NCBI GenBank assembly: GCA_965250085.1
Contig: OZ252287.1
Coordinates: forward strand, 448,001 to 512,000
Source of the DNA: Candidatus Altimarinota bacterium
GTDB taxonomy: Bacteria > Patescibacteriota > Gracilibacteria > CAIRYL01
Length of the DNA stretch: 64,000 bases
Reading direction: 5' to 3'
Shown here in pieces: positions 40,794 to 52,740 of this stretch (position 1 is its first letter; every line of letters starts with the position of its first letter). The translations under genes were made by a program, and so were the position numbers. Below the pieces are notes generated by a model, which saw only the letters and a list, made by a program, of their open reading frames with translations, was not told where the DNA came from and ran no database searches.

Positions 40794-41561
40794 ATGTCTG
40801 AAATTTCTGCATCTGAGGTAATGGCACTTCGCCAAAAAACCGGCGTTTCTATGATGGAGTGTAAAAAAGCTCTTGTAGAAGCTGGTGGCGATGAAGAAAA
40901 AGCTGTTGAAATTCTTAGAAAGCAAGGTGCTATGAAAGCCGCAAAAAAATCTGATCGTACCACCTCTGAAGGAGGTGTTGCCATATCTGGCAATGCAATT
41001 GTAAGTGTCAAATGCGAAACTGACTTTGTAGCTCGAAATGAAAATTTTGTGCAGTTTGTGACATCTCTCGCCGAAGAAGCTGATGCAAATGGTGCTGAGG
41101 CAGCAGGGAAAAAATTTGAAGAAGAAAAAGCTGAAATGGTCACCAAATTAGGAGAAAATCTTGTTTTTGGAGAAGCGCACGTGCTTGACGGGGAAATTGT
41201 ACATGGATATATTCATTCCAACCAAAAAGTGGGAGCACTTGTAGCTCTCTCTGGAGGAAGTGCAGAGATAGCGACTGACGTTGCCATGCATGCAACTGCT
41301 ATGAATCCTTCTGTGACATCACCTGATGAAGTTTCTGACGAGTTGGTGGCAAAAGAAAAAGAAATTTGGACCGAGCAACTTGCCAAAGCAGGAAAACCAG
41401 CGGAAATTATTGGAAAAATTATGATCGGAAAAGAAAAGAAATTCCGCGAAGAATCAGCTCTCATCAAACAGTCATTTGTGAAAGATCAGGAAAAAACAGT
41501 AGAACAATATGCATCAGAGAACGGAGCTACTGTTACCACGTTTGTGCGAGTGGAAGTGTAA
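40794..41561 (+). CDS. tsf: Elongation factor Ts
   Basis: LRQKTGVSMMECKKAL, CETDFVA, DVAMH. Confidence 0.98.
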   Translation: MSEISASEVMALRQKTGVSMMECKKALVEAGGDEEKAVEILRKQGAMKAAKKSDRTTSEGGVAISGNAIVSVKCETDFVARNENFVQFVTSLAEEADANGAEAAGKKFEEEKAEMVTKLGENLVFGEAHVLDGEIVHGYIHSNQKVGALVALSGGSAEIATDVAMHATAMNPSVTSPDEVSDELVAKEKEIWTEQLAKAGKPAEIIGKIMIGKEKKFREESALIKQSFVKDQEKTVEQYASENGATVTTFVRVEV

Positions 41562-41562
41562 T

Positions 41563-41600
41563 TTCTTCTCCCCTTACCAAGGGGAGATTGAGAGGGGTTT
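41563..41600. repeat. C-rich/G-rich hairpin element after tsf stop
   Basis: tctccccttaccaaggggagattgagaggggttt. Confidence 0.7.
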
Positions 41601-41725
41601 ATTTCGCATCAGAGTATTACTAAAAAACACAGTATTCAGTAGGGGTGTGTTCTATGCTGGAGTAATCTCTCCAGCTTGTCCATTGTTAGTTGAGGTTTTT
41701 TTTGGGCTTCGACTTATTTATTATA

Positions 41726-42358
41726 TCAATCCTCATTTCTTAATTCTTCCTGTTTGTGTTTATGATGAGCTGCTGCTGCCCGAAATTTTGCTAAAATATC
41801 ATATGCGAGTTGGGCAATTTCATGTCTGTCTTCTACCTCTTCTCCAACAGAAAGATATTTATAAACATGGTGCGCTTTCAACATTTCTGTATTAAATTTT
41901 CCATCTTTCACAAGTATCCGATCTGCATTTGGTTCCCACGTGTACTTTGCCCCAGAAAAACGCTCAAGCCAGGCATTTTGTTCTTTTGCTTTCAGTCCGT
42001 ACTCCTGGAGTACAGCTTGATCAAAAACTAATGCATAGACCGTTCTTTTGTGAATATCTATACGTATCATAGATATATCAAATCCAGCATTTTCAATCAG
42101 AGTCTCTTGGTCTTCACTGAGTACTCTGGAGAACCAAAATCTATAAAAATCTTCTTCATCATTCAACAACTCTTTATCAATATGTGGTCTATAGAACTTG
42201 ATCCGATATAAGAGATTTTCTGTTGGAAAATAAAATCGAATATCTTGATGTGTAATGCTTTCCGGATCACTGTTGTAGTGAAGAGATGTTTGTTCAATCG
42301 CTACTTGCATATCAGGATCGAATGGTAAGTTCTCCGCAAATCGAACAATATCGACCAT
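41726..42358 (-). CDS. Hypothetical protein
   Basis: 210 aa ORF with normal composition, no motif recognised. Confidence 0.65.
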   Translation of the reverse strand: MVDIVRFAENLPFDPDMQVAIEQTSLHYNSDPESITHQDIRFYFPTENLLYRIKFYRPHIDKELLNDEEDFYRFWFSRVLSEDQETLIENAGFDISMIRIDIHKRTVYALVFDQAVLQEYGLKAKEQNAWLERFSGAKYTWEPNADRILVKDGKFNTEMLKAHHVYKYLSVGEEVEDRHEIAQLAYDILAKFRAAAAHHKHKQEELRNED

Positions 42359-42480
42359 AAAAACATGTTGTTATAAAATAAGAATGGTGTTGTCCATTCT
42401 CCCTTCGTTTTGAGTAAAGTATATATGTTATTTTTACAACTTTCCATTTTCACTTTTTCCTTCCTTGTGGCATACTCCTT

Positions 42481-45400
42481 GTGCAAATTTTTGATACAAG
42501 CTATTTGACTCAACACTTCTCCAAATTTTTTGCGCTGATTGCTCTGTGTATAGCACTCCTCACCCCTGCCGAATATACATACGCTCTCACCCATGAGAGG
42601 AGTACATGGAATACCATATTTTCTTTGGAACAACAAAACACCTGGATTTCCCTTCCTCAGGAAGTCACGGCTTTTGCAGTGCAAGTACCAAATGGCGCTG
42701 ATTTCTTTGTGCAGGCAGAAGGAGAATTGTGGCAACACATCGAAATCGAAACAGAAGATCCGGACCTCATGCTGATTCCAGAAGTGCCAGATTTTGCCCA
42801 TGAAGAAGATCAGTGGTCAGAAGTTATTTTCTTCGAAGCTCCCATCCAGGGATTTCGCTTCCGTGTAGAATCAGAAGTTCTAAAAAATAATTATCTCCCA
42901 GCTCCTAACTCCCAACTCCCAACTCATATCGAATTTTCTTTCTTCGACACACGAGTAGAGAGAGGAAACGGAGAAGTTTCTGTCTCATCTGCACCACTTG
43001 CATCCAGTAGCTTTCCTATTATCAGCAGATCCGCATGGGGCGCAGACGAATCGCTTCGGTATACCAATGGAAGCGAGACTTCTACAGCTTCCGATCGAGA
43101 TCCAACCGCTTCAGTGATTGGAACCCAGAGGGTTCAGGGATGCAACGACCTGAATGAAACCTATCCAGATGAATTCGAAATAAATGAAGTCGTGTATAGA
43201 GAAAACGGGAAAGATCTTCGCTGGCCCCTCCAGTATTCTACAAAAATTGATAAAGTAGTGGTGCATCATACCGCAGGAGAAAATCACTTGGAAAGAAGCC
43301 CAAAAGAAGTCATGCGGGCGGTCTATGCCTATCATGCCAATTCTCGTGGATGGGGAGATATTGGGTACAACTTCGTGATTGATGGCAATGGAAATATCTA
43401 TGAAGGACGTGCTGGAGGTGACTATGTAGTGGGTGGGCATGTGTATTGTTCTAACGTCCACACCATTGGCGTCGCGCTTATGGGAAATTTTCAAAATGCC
43501 TCACCTACTGGGAAACAAATAGAGGCACTCCAGAAGTTACTGCCAGAGCTGGCTGATACCTATGGACTTGATCTTTCGGGAGACAGTGTCTTTCATGGCA
43601 TGAATCTGCCCAATTTACTCGGACATAAAGACCTCGGTCAAACCGCTTGTCCGGGAGAAAATATGTACGAATTGCTGGGAACTCTCAGGCGATCACTGAG
43701 AGGAAATGAGGTGATCCAAAAACTCAGATCTATTGAACGAACAGCAGAATTTGTGGGATCTGTTGAATTTTTGCGCCTCAAACCCGGAGAAGAGCAAAAG
43801 CTGCAATTTCAATTTAAAAACACCGGAAATACTACATGGCGAAGTGGAACTTGGCTCTATGTGGTACAACCAAAAACAGGAGTATCTACCAGACCACAAA
43901 AAGGGAAAAAATATATTGCTGGCCTTTTGAAAGAATCAAGTGTTCCCCCCGGATCAACGGCCACATTTGAAGCCACCATCCGTGGAGGATTTGAAGGTGG
44001 TATTTATTCACTGGAATTTACTCCAGTAGTAGAACAATACAAAATCTCTCAGGCCGCGGTGGTACAACCAGTGGAAATCATTCCTCCCGATTGGGGAGCT
44101 TTCTTGCGACCCATAAAAACTCAGCCGGAGGTTCCTCGGGCAGGTGAACGTATCTCATTCCTCGTGCCGATCAAAAATATTGGAGATACCAAATGGACGA
44201 GAGATCATATCAGTCTGCAGCTGAGTGCCAACGGAAAGCGATATACCAGTCCTCTCAATGAAACAGGAGTTTTTCCCAACACAGAAGGAAGCTTTTCTTT
44301 TTCTCTTGACCCTTTTTCGGTAAAAAAGAAATATCTTCTCAGGGCGCAGATCCTTGTGAATGGGGGCAAAATGCCAGGAATTCGTACATTTATTATCCCT
44401 CTGATCATTGGAGATGCTGAATACAAATATCGCCTTCTTTCCGAACGTATTGTCAAAACAGCAGTCAATGAACACGGAGAAAGTTCTACCCAGGTGAGAG
44501 TAATGAACACAGGAAACATCTCCTGGCATCAGAATCAAACGAAATTGATTGTTTTAGGGAATGGACAACGCCTTGCTTTTGCCCTGGAAGAAATAACCGT
44601 CTATCCAGGAGAGATCGGAACATTTATAGCAAAAGTGATCCCGCCCAAACGCGGGCTTTTACGATATTCGTTTTGGCTGCAAACAGGTCCGCGTAAAATA
44701 TTTGGAACCCGGGGTCGATGGATTGTCAGAAGCAATGCCCTCACACTCCCCTCTCAAACGGTGACGCAAGCTTCATCGGTAATTCCCGCTAGCAATGAAG
44801 GTGATATTCGTATGCGGTTGGGGTATCAGAACGAATTTGCAGATATTTCTTCCTCTTTTGATGTCGATATCATTGCTGATGGAAAAAAAATAGGAGAAGG
44901 ACAGCAGAATGGACTTCTCAAGTTTCAAAAGTCAGAAGGCCGTATTGCATTTAATGACACGAACTATACCTCCGTCCGACTCGTCCCGCAAAATCAGAGA
45001 AATATTCTGACTCTTGCTTCCTGGGACAGGCGACCAGCATGGGATACCAGTGACACCTACAATGACAATATGTTTCGGGGAGCTTTGGAACTGCGCGTCT
45101 ATAACGATGAAATGGTGCTTATTAACGAACTTCCGCTCAGTGAATATTTGAAAGGTATTGCAGAAGTATCCAATGATGCTCCTCGAGAAAAGCAGAAAGC
45201 CATGGCGATCCTGGCACGGACATACGCCCGGTTTTATATGAGCTCTGAAAACAGAAAATATCCGGGAGCTCCGTATGACGGTGATGATTCTCCTGCCAGT
45301 TTCCAGAAATACTTGGGATATAGTTATGAACTCAGATCGCCAAATTTTGCCCAAGCCGTACGAGATACCGAAGGGCTGGTAGTGACCTATCAGGGGAATG

Positions 45401-45642
45401 TGATCAAGACCCCATACTTTAGCCAAAGCGATGGCAGGACCAGGAGTGCAGAGGAGGTCTGGGGATGGACCCATACTCCCTATCTCCAGAGTGTGGAAGA
45501 TCCATTCTCTGCAGGACTGGAATTACAAGGACATGGAGTGGGACTTTCCGGAAAAGGTGCTGAAGAAGCGGCAAAGAGAGGAAAGACGTATGAAGAGATT
45601 ATCAAGTATTATTATCAAGGAGTAGAGATTAAAAGATTATAA
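42481..45642 (+). CDS. N-acetylmuramoyl-L-alanine amidase (Amidase_2) plus Ig-like repeats plus SpoIID/LytB domain
   Basis: ISRSAWGA, VVHHTAG, WGDIGYNF, GHKDLGQTACPG; NTG..W Ig repeats; INELPLSEYLKG, ARTYA, GHGVGLS. Confidence 0.9.
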   Translation: MQIFDTSYLTQHFSKFFALIALCIALLTPAEYTYALTHERSTWNTIFSLEQQNTWISLPQEVTAFAVQVPNGADFFVQAEGELWQHIEIETEDPDLMLIPEVPDFAHEEDQWSEVIFFEAPIQGFRFRVESEVLKNNYLPAPNSQLPTHIEFSFFDTRVERGNGEVSVSSAPLASSSFPIISRSAWGADESLRYTNGSETSTASDRDPTASVIGTQRVQGCNDLNETYPDEFEINEVVYRENGKDLRWPLQYSTKIDKVVVHHTAGENHLERSPKEVMRAVYAYHANSRGWGDIGYNFVIDGNGNIYEGRAGGDYVVGGHVYCSNVHTIGVALMGNFQNASPTGKQIEALQKLLPELADTYGLDLSGDSVFHGMNLPNLLGHKDLGQTACPGENMYELLGTLRRSLRGNEVIQKLRSIERTAEFVGSVEFLRLKPGEEQKLQFQFKNTGNTTWRSGTWLYVVQPKTGVSTRPQKGKKYIAGLLKESSVPPGSTATFEATIRGGFEGGIYSLEFTPVVEQYKISQAAVVQPVEIIPPDWGAFLRPIKTQPEVPRAGERISFLVPIKNIGDTKWTRDHISLQLSANGKRYTSPLNETGVFPNTEGSFSFSLDPFSVKKKYLLRAQILVNGGKMPGIRTFIIPLIIGDAEYKYRLLSERIVKTAVNEHGESSTQVRVMNTGNISWHQNQTKLIVLGNGQRLAFALEEITVYPGEIGTFIAKVIPPKRGLLRYSFWLQTGPRKIFGTRGRWIVRSNALTLPSQTVTQASSVIPASNEGDIRMRLGYQNEFADISSSFDVDIIADGKKIGEGQQNGLLKFQKSEGRIAFNDTNYTSVRLVPQNQRNILTLASWDRRPAWDTSDTYNDNMFRGALELRVYNDEMVLINELPLSEYLKGIAEVSNDAPREKQKAMAILARTYARFYMSSENRKYPGAPYDGDDSPASFQKYLGYSYELRSPNFAQAVRDTEGLVVTYQGNVIKTPYFSQSDGRTRSAEEVWGWTHTPYLQSVEDPFSAGLELQGHGVGLSGKGAEEAAKRGKTYEEIIKYYYQGVEIKRL

Positions 45643-45714
45643 AGATTTTTTACTTTTTGTTTTGTTTTGCAGGTATTTTTAGCTAATATTCCGTTGTATT
45701 CATAAGTTTTTAAT

Positions 45715-45897
45715 ATGTCAAAAGTTCGCACTGGTACTAAAGGCGGAAAATTTCGTAAGAAAAGAACTGACACTAGGATGGGCAGTATTGAAAGAATATA
45801 CGGCAGAGATTTTGGAGTAAGGAGTGACAAGAAGCTTGGCAATTATCTAAAACAAAAAGGATATAAATCACTCAGTGAGCTTTTAAAAAATGACTAA
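45715..45897 (+). CDS. Small basic conserved-looking protein
   Basis: 60 aa, FRKKRTDT..IERIYGRDFGVRSDKKLGNYL..G..SLSELLK; overlaps next gene. Confidence 0.7.
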   Translation: MSKVRTGTKGGKFRKKRTDTRMGSIERIYGRDFGVRSDKKLGNYLKQKGYKSLSELLKND

Positions 45898-46507
45898 GAA
45901 GAAATTCTCTAAATCGATACAATTTGTAGAAATAAACGACTTAAAAGAAAATCGTTTTCTTTTTGTTAAAAATGAGATTTTAAGGGAAAACATTTCAATT
46001 AGCATGCAGTATGTTATCTTTCTTGTTTCCTTAGAAGAAGAATATGAATTGCCAGGTGCAACAACCTATTCAGTTTTTAAGACGATCATATTATATACCG
46101 CTTCAATCATTGAGAGCCTCATTAGTTATAGGCTGAAACAAATGATAAAAAATAATGTTGTTACAAATGATAAAATAATGGGAAAAGAAGAGAAATATCC
46201 AGAAATAAAGGAATTGTATAAAATCTCTAATACTGAAAAAATATGTGGAGTAAAAAAGGTAATCATGAGAAAGAAACTTTCTGATAACACTATGTTTCAG
46301 GAATTGAATAGAGCTGCAAAAAAAGCCGGATTGTTCACATATCCATTATTTGAAAAAGCTGAAAAATTAAAGGAAATAAGAAATAGAATCCATCTTTCAG
46401 GATTAACAGATATTGAGGATAAGTATTCAAAGTCAGATATAATTAAAGTTTTCGAAATAGCAAAAAGCTTGATTGTTAGAATTGAGACTTATAAATCAAA
46501 AAATTAA
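45890..46507 (+). CDS. Putative HEPN-superfamily helical protein
   Basis: SIIESLI helix and EIRNRIH R..H motif near C-terminus; AT-rich. Confidence 0.55.
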   Translation: MTKKKFSKSIQFVEINDLKENRFLFVKNEILRENISISMQYVIFLVSLEEEYELPGATTYSVFKTIILYTASIIESLISYRLKQMIKNNVVTNDKIMGKEEKYPEIKELYKISNTEKICGVKKVIMRKKLSDNTMFQELNRAAKKAGLFTYPLFEKAEKLKEIRNRIHLSGLTDIEDKYSKSDIIKVFEIAKSLIVRIETYKSKN

Positions 46508-46615
46508 AGTATTATCCAAATTGTGTGAATAACTACCGGCAGAGCCGATGGGGCGCTATTTTTGTTGACAAAAATATAAAAATATGTAAACATCGGCTCC
46601 TTTCAAAATTTTCCC

Positions 46616-47743
46616 ATGAAAATTCTGATCAGTGGTGCCGGTATTGCCGGACTTACCCTTGCGGCGTTTCTCAAGAAACAAGGGCATGATCCCGTGGTGA
46701 TCGAAAAAGCTCCAAAACTTCGAAATATGGGCTTTGGTATTGCCATGTGGGATAAAGGACGCAGAATCTTGGAAAAACTGGGAATTGACGATGCACTTGC
46801 TCAGAAGGGGTACAAGGTGCCTTCGTATGAAATCACCGATATGCAGGGGAAACTCCTCAAAGAAATACGATTTGATGACTATTTTTCCGAATACAAACCC
46901 ATCCTCATTGTCACGAGAAAAGACCTCCATGAACTGGTTGCCCAGTCCGCCAAAGGAGTGAAAATACGATTTGGCACAACTCTTGAAATTATGAAAGAAC
47001 AGGATTCATCAGTAAAAGTAGTATTTTCTGACGGGACTCAAGAAGATTTTGACCTTGTCGTTGGAGCCGATGGAGTGTATTCCAATGTGCGCAAACATAT
47101 GTTTGAAAAAGCCAGACTCCAATCCTATGGATGGACTACCATTATGTTTTGGCTGCCAGAAAAAGTTGAACCTCCCAAAGGAGTGTTTCGAACCTTAGGA
47201 CATGATCGTCAGTTTGCCATCTTTCCTATGAAAGAAAAAAGCGTAGTCACTTGCGATGTGCACCATTCACTCCAAAAAAGTGAGAACAAAACACCTCTGC
47301 AAAACCTTAGAAAATACTTTGCGGACTTTGGAGGCATTGTGAATGAGACAATGAAGCACCTTTCGCAAGCAGATGAAATCTTTGAATGGAATCTCATGAA
47401 AGTCCCCGATTTGAAATGCAGAAAACACAGAGCTGTCCTCATTGGTGATGCTTATCATGCCATCTCTCCCCTTATGGGAATGGGAGCATCACTCGCTCTG
47501 GAAGACTCTTTTGTGCTTTCTGAATGCCTGAAAAAGGAAGGAAGTATTTTTGACGCTTTGAATGAATACGAAAAAAATAGACTTGAATGCCTGAAGACAG
47601 TGCACGCAGAAGATGCCAAGATGTGGCGTTGGTCATATCCACGCACTCATTTTTTCTCTGTACTCAGAAATAAAATTGTTCCTTTTGTTCCCACAGAGTA
47701 TTTTATGGGAAGCATGCAGAGGATTTTGAAGACTTCAGGGTAG
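46616..47743 (+). CDS. FAD-dependent monooxygenase/oxidoreductase
   Basis: ISGAGIAGL, VVGADG, LIGDAYHAISPLMGMGASLALED. Confidence 0.92.
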   Translation: MKILISGAGIAGLTLAAFLKKQGHDPVVIEKAPKLRNMGFGIAMWDKGRRILEKLGIDDALAQKGYKVPSYEITDMQGKLLKEIRFDDYFSEYKPILIVTRKDLHELVAQSAKGVKIRFGTTLEIMKEQDSSVKVVFSDGTQEDFDLVVGADGVYSNVRKHMFEKARLQSYGWTTIMFWLPEKVEPPKGVFRTLGHDRQFAIFPMKEKSVVTCDVHHSLQKSENKTPLQNLRKYFADFGGIVNETMKHLSQADEIFEWNLMKVPDLKCRKHRAVLIGDAYHAISPLMGMGASLALEDSFVLSECLKKEGSIFDALNEYEKNRLECLKTVHAEDAKMWRWSYPRTHFFSVLRNKIVPFVPTEYFMGSMQRILKTSG

Positions 47744-47769
47744 ATATTTTTATAAAAAAGAAATTTTGT

Positions 47770-47916
47770 TTGTGAATGTAAAATGCAAAATTTTAAATCC
47801 TAATTTTCAAATAACTTATGTATAAAAGTTTTGAGAATATTTTTTAGAGCTTACAACTTAGAATTTATTTTTACACCTGTCCGCCGTGGTGGATTTTACC
47901 TTTAAAATTTAAAATT
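47770..47916. repeat. Degenerate gene-less inverted heptamer element with nested CCTGTCCGCC palindrome
   Basis: aaaatgcaaaattttaaatcctaattttcaaa ... ttagaatttattttt[cctgtccgccgtggtggat]tttaaaatttaaaatt. Confidence 0.55.
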
Positions 47917-48000
47917 ATCTTTCAACTTTTTCGGCTATTCACTCATGAGCATGAGTAAGTTTTTTATTAAAAACTAGTATGAACTGCAAACTCCTAGCTC

Positions 48001-49332
48001 CTAGCTCCCGACTCCAAGCTCTTTCATCATCTCCACCCGAGCAGAAATAAGTTCTCTTGTCCCGATATCTCTGCGATGAAATACCGGACCAGATACCGCC
48101 TGACACGCTTTTTCGGCATAATATTCTGCATCTACTATTGTATCCGCTACTCCTACAAACCCGATAGCTCGTGATCCACTCAGAATCAACTTACCGTTCT
48201 GCTCATCCACCGAAGCGTAATATACATCTACTTGTTGTGGTATTTCGCCCACAGTAATCTCTTCACCACTGACGGGAGCAGTAGGATATCCTTCTGGTAC
48301 CACATATTTGCATACGGTTGCTTTTTGAGCGAATTGAACTTTTTTTTCTGAAAGATTCCCTTCAATTATTCCCAGACAAATATCCACCAGATCACTTTCT
48401 AAAAGCGAAAGAGCATTCAGTGCTTCTGGATCTCCAAATCGAGAATTAAACTCAATAAGTCGCGTTCCTTCTTTGGTGGCGATAAATCCGCCATACATAA
48501 TACCCTGATATTTTACTCCGCATTCTTTTTCCAGAGCATGCATTACCTGCTCGGTTATTTCAGTTGCTTCATTGATGTGAATGTCATTTAAGAATGGAAG
48601 GTTTTCTGGATACGAATACGTGCCCATACCTCCCGTATTGGGTCCCTCGTCACCCTCAAAAACACGCTTGTGGTCTTGGATGACGGGCATAGAGCGAATA
48701 CAGTTTCCATCAGTAAAGAACATAAGAGAGAACTCTTGTCCCACAAATTTTTCCTCAATAATGAGAGTGCCTCTTTTATGCAGTATTTTTTCTGCGATCA
48801 GGAGTCCTTCTTCAATCGAAGCAAAATGATCTCCAGACACATGGACTCCCTTCCCTCCACAAAGTCCATCATCTTTGATAACAAAATTTCCTCCAAGTTT
48901 TTCACAGAATTCTTTCATTCCATCCATACTAGTAAATATTTGAAATTGTGGATTTCCGGGGATGCTATATTTCTGAAGAAGATTACGAGTAAAGCTTTTG
49001 GAACTTTCGAGCCTTGCGAGAGATGCAAGCGGTCCTACACTTTTAATACCAACTTCGAGTAAGGCATCCGCTGCTCCAGCACCAATAGGATCATCTGGTC
49101 CGAGAAATGCAAAGTCAACACTGTGTAATTTTGCAAAATCTTGCAGCATTTTGAATCCATTTCCTTCTCCAAAGTTTCTTCGTCGACAGATCCCATACTC
49201 TGTTGCCAGAGGCGCAATTCCTGGATTATTCGCATTCGCAAACACAAAGAGCTTCGGATCATGTGATGATCGCTTCAATGCTTCGGCAAGAGAATGTTCA
49301 CGTCCGCCATTCCCAAGGAGTAAAATCTTCAT
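48001..49332 (-). CDS. purD: Phosphoribosylamine--glycine ligase
   Basis: LGNGGREH, LESSK, KDDGLCGGKGV, QDHKR..GPNTGGMG, EFNSRFGDPE. Confidence 0.97.
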   Translation of the reverse strand: MKILLLGNGGREHSLAEALKRSSHDPKLFVFANANNPGIAPLATEYGICRRRNFGEGNGFKMLQDFAKLHSVDFAFLGPDDPIGAGAADALLEVGIKSVGPLASLARLESSKSFTRNLLQKYSIPGNPQFQIFTSMDGMKEFCEKLGGNFVIKDDGLCGGKGVHVSGDHFASIEEGLLIAEKILHKRGTLIIEEKFVGQEFSLMFFTDGNCIRSMPVIQDHKRVFEGDEGPNTGGMGTYSYPENLPFLNDIHINEATEITEQVMHALEKECGVKYQGIMYGGFIATKEGTRLIEFNSRFGDPEALNALSLLESDLVDICLGIIEGNLSEKKVQFAQKATVCKYVVPEGYPTAPVSGEEITVGEIPQQVDVYYASVDEQNGKLILSGSRAIGFVGVADTIVDAEYYAEKACQAVSGPVFHRRDIGTRELISARVEMMKELGVGS

Positions 49333-49382
49333 GTTTGAATAATAAAAACACAGGAAATTGTATCAGAAATAAAAAGGAGCAC

Positions 49383-49411
49383 AAAAAAGGCGTCTTTAGA
49401 GACGCCTTTTT
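49383..49411. terminator. Intrinsic terminator (bidirectional-looking)
   Basis: aaaaaaggcgtct-tt-agagacgccttttt. Confidence 0.8.
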
Positions 49412-49436
49412 CTGAATACTATATTAAGCTCAAATG

Positions 49437-49769
49437 TTACGATCCTTCAGCTGCTGCTTTGGCTTCTTCTTCGTCAGCAGTAGTGTCGGCTTCAGAATTT
49501 TCTTCTTCAGCAGGAACTTCTTCTTCTGAACCACCTTCTTCTGAACCACCTTCTTCAGATGATTCCTCTTCAGAGCCTGCTTCATCTTCAGTGTCTTCTG
49601 AGTCATCCATATCACTATCATCTTCCATCATACTGTCATCATCATCCATCATGACATCGTCTTCCATTGCTTCATTGTGCATGTCATCATCAGATGAGTC
49701 ATCTTGGACATGTGAGCAGCCGGCAAAAACTATCAGGGAGAGAGCAAAGAGTGCGATAATATTTTTCAT
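49437..49769 (-). CDS. Small acidic low-complexity lipoprotein
   Basis: MKNIIALFALSLIVFAGC lipobox then D/E/M-rich tail. Confidence 0.8.
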   Translation of the reverse strand: MKNIIALFALSLIVFAGCSHVQDDSSDDDMHNEAMEDDVMMDDDDSMMEDDSDMDDSEDTEDEAGSEEESSEEGGSEEGGSEEEVPAEEENSEADTTADEEEAKAAAEGS

Positions 49770-49771
49770 AA

Positions 49772-51958
<2,187 letters not shown>

Positions 51959-51981
51959 GGATTTGAGATTATTTTAAAAAT

Positions 51982-52452
51982 CTAAACCATAGCTTTCAGG
52001 AGTTCTGTGAGAGCAAATGCAGTTGCTTTTTGTTGCACTTCTTCTCGATCGCCATCAAATTGCTCATCAAATATTTGGGTCTTATTATTTTTGCAGGAAA
52101 CAGCAAAAATAACCCTGCCGTTTTCAAAGCCCGGTTCAAATTCAGGGCCGGCACAACCAGTGGTTGCTACAGAAACATCAGCAGTGTTTCTCATACGAAT
52201 ATTCTCTGCCATCTGCTCAACAGCTTGGGCAGAATATCCTTCTGTTTTTTCAATTTCACCCGGACTCACTCCCAGTGAGTGAATTTTGGCATCTACATGA
52301 TAAGCAACAATACCACAAATAAACACTTCGGATGATCCAGGTACAGAAGTAAGTGCTGAGGCAATTCGTCCGCCAGTGACACTCTCTGCAACAGCAATTT
52401 TTATTCTTCTCTTTCGAGCTCGTTCAATAATTTTCTGAGCAGTATGATTCAT
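51982..52452 (-). CDS. CinA C-terminal/PncC family nicotinamide-nucleotide amidohydrolase
   Basis: AVAESVTGG..LTSVPGSS..ATTGCAGP..FDGDR; start MNHTAQ just after the tRNA. Confidence 0.9.
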   Translation of the reverse strand: MNHTAQKIIERARKRRIKIAVAESVTGGRIASALTSVPGSSEVFICGIVAYHVDAKIHSLGVSPGEIEKTEGYSAQAVEQMAENIRMRNTADVSVATTGCAGPEFEPGFENGRVIFAVSCKNNKTQIFDEQFDGDREEVQQKATAFALTELLKAMV

Positions 52453-52460
52453 TGGAGAAT

Positions 52461-52535
<75 letters not shown>

Positions 52536-52574
52536 TCAAAATAATAAATCATGTTATAAAGGTGCTTTTCTCTC

Positions 52575-52632
52575 TCGCGAGGTCCTGCCTCGTGAGCTAT
52601 CCGCCACGGCGGACTCGTACCCCGCGTCAAAA
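52575..52632 (-). pseudogene. Degenerate partial copy of the tRNA-fMet 5' half and anticodon arm
   Basis: Minus strand TTTTGACGCGGGGTACGAG[TCCGCCGTGGCGGA]TAGCTCACGAGGCAGGACCTCG vs TTTTGACGCGGGGTAGAGCAGTGGTAGCTCGCGAGGCTCATAACCTCG. Confidence 0.75.
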
Positions 52633-52740
52633 GCCAGGGAAGCATATCAATCTTCCTTTGAAATTGCAAAAATATTTTATCTCATCACCTTTACTCTTTT
52701 TTGTCTAAGAGTACAATACTTTCAGTGCTTTCAAATCGTT

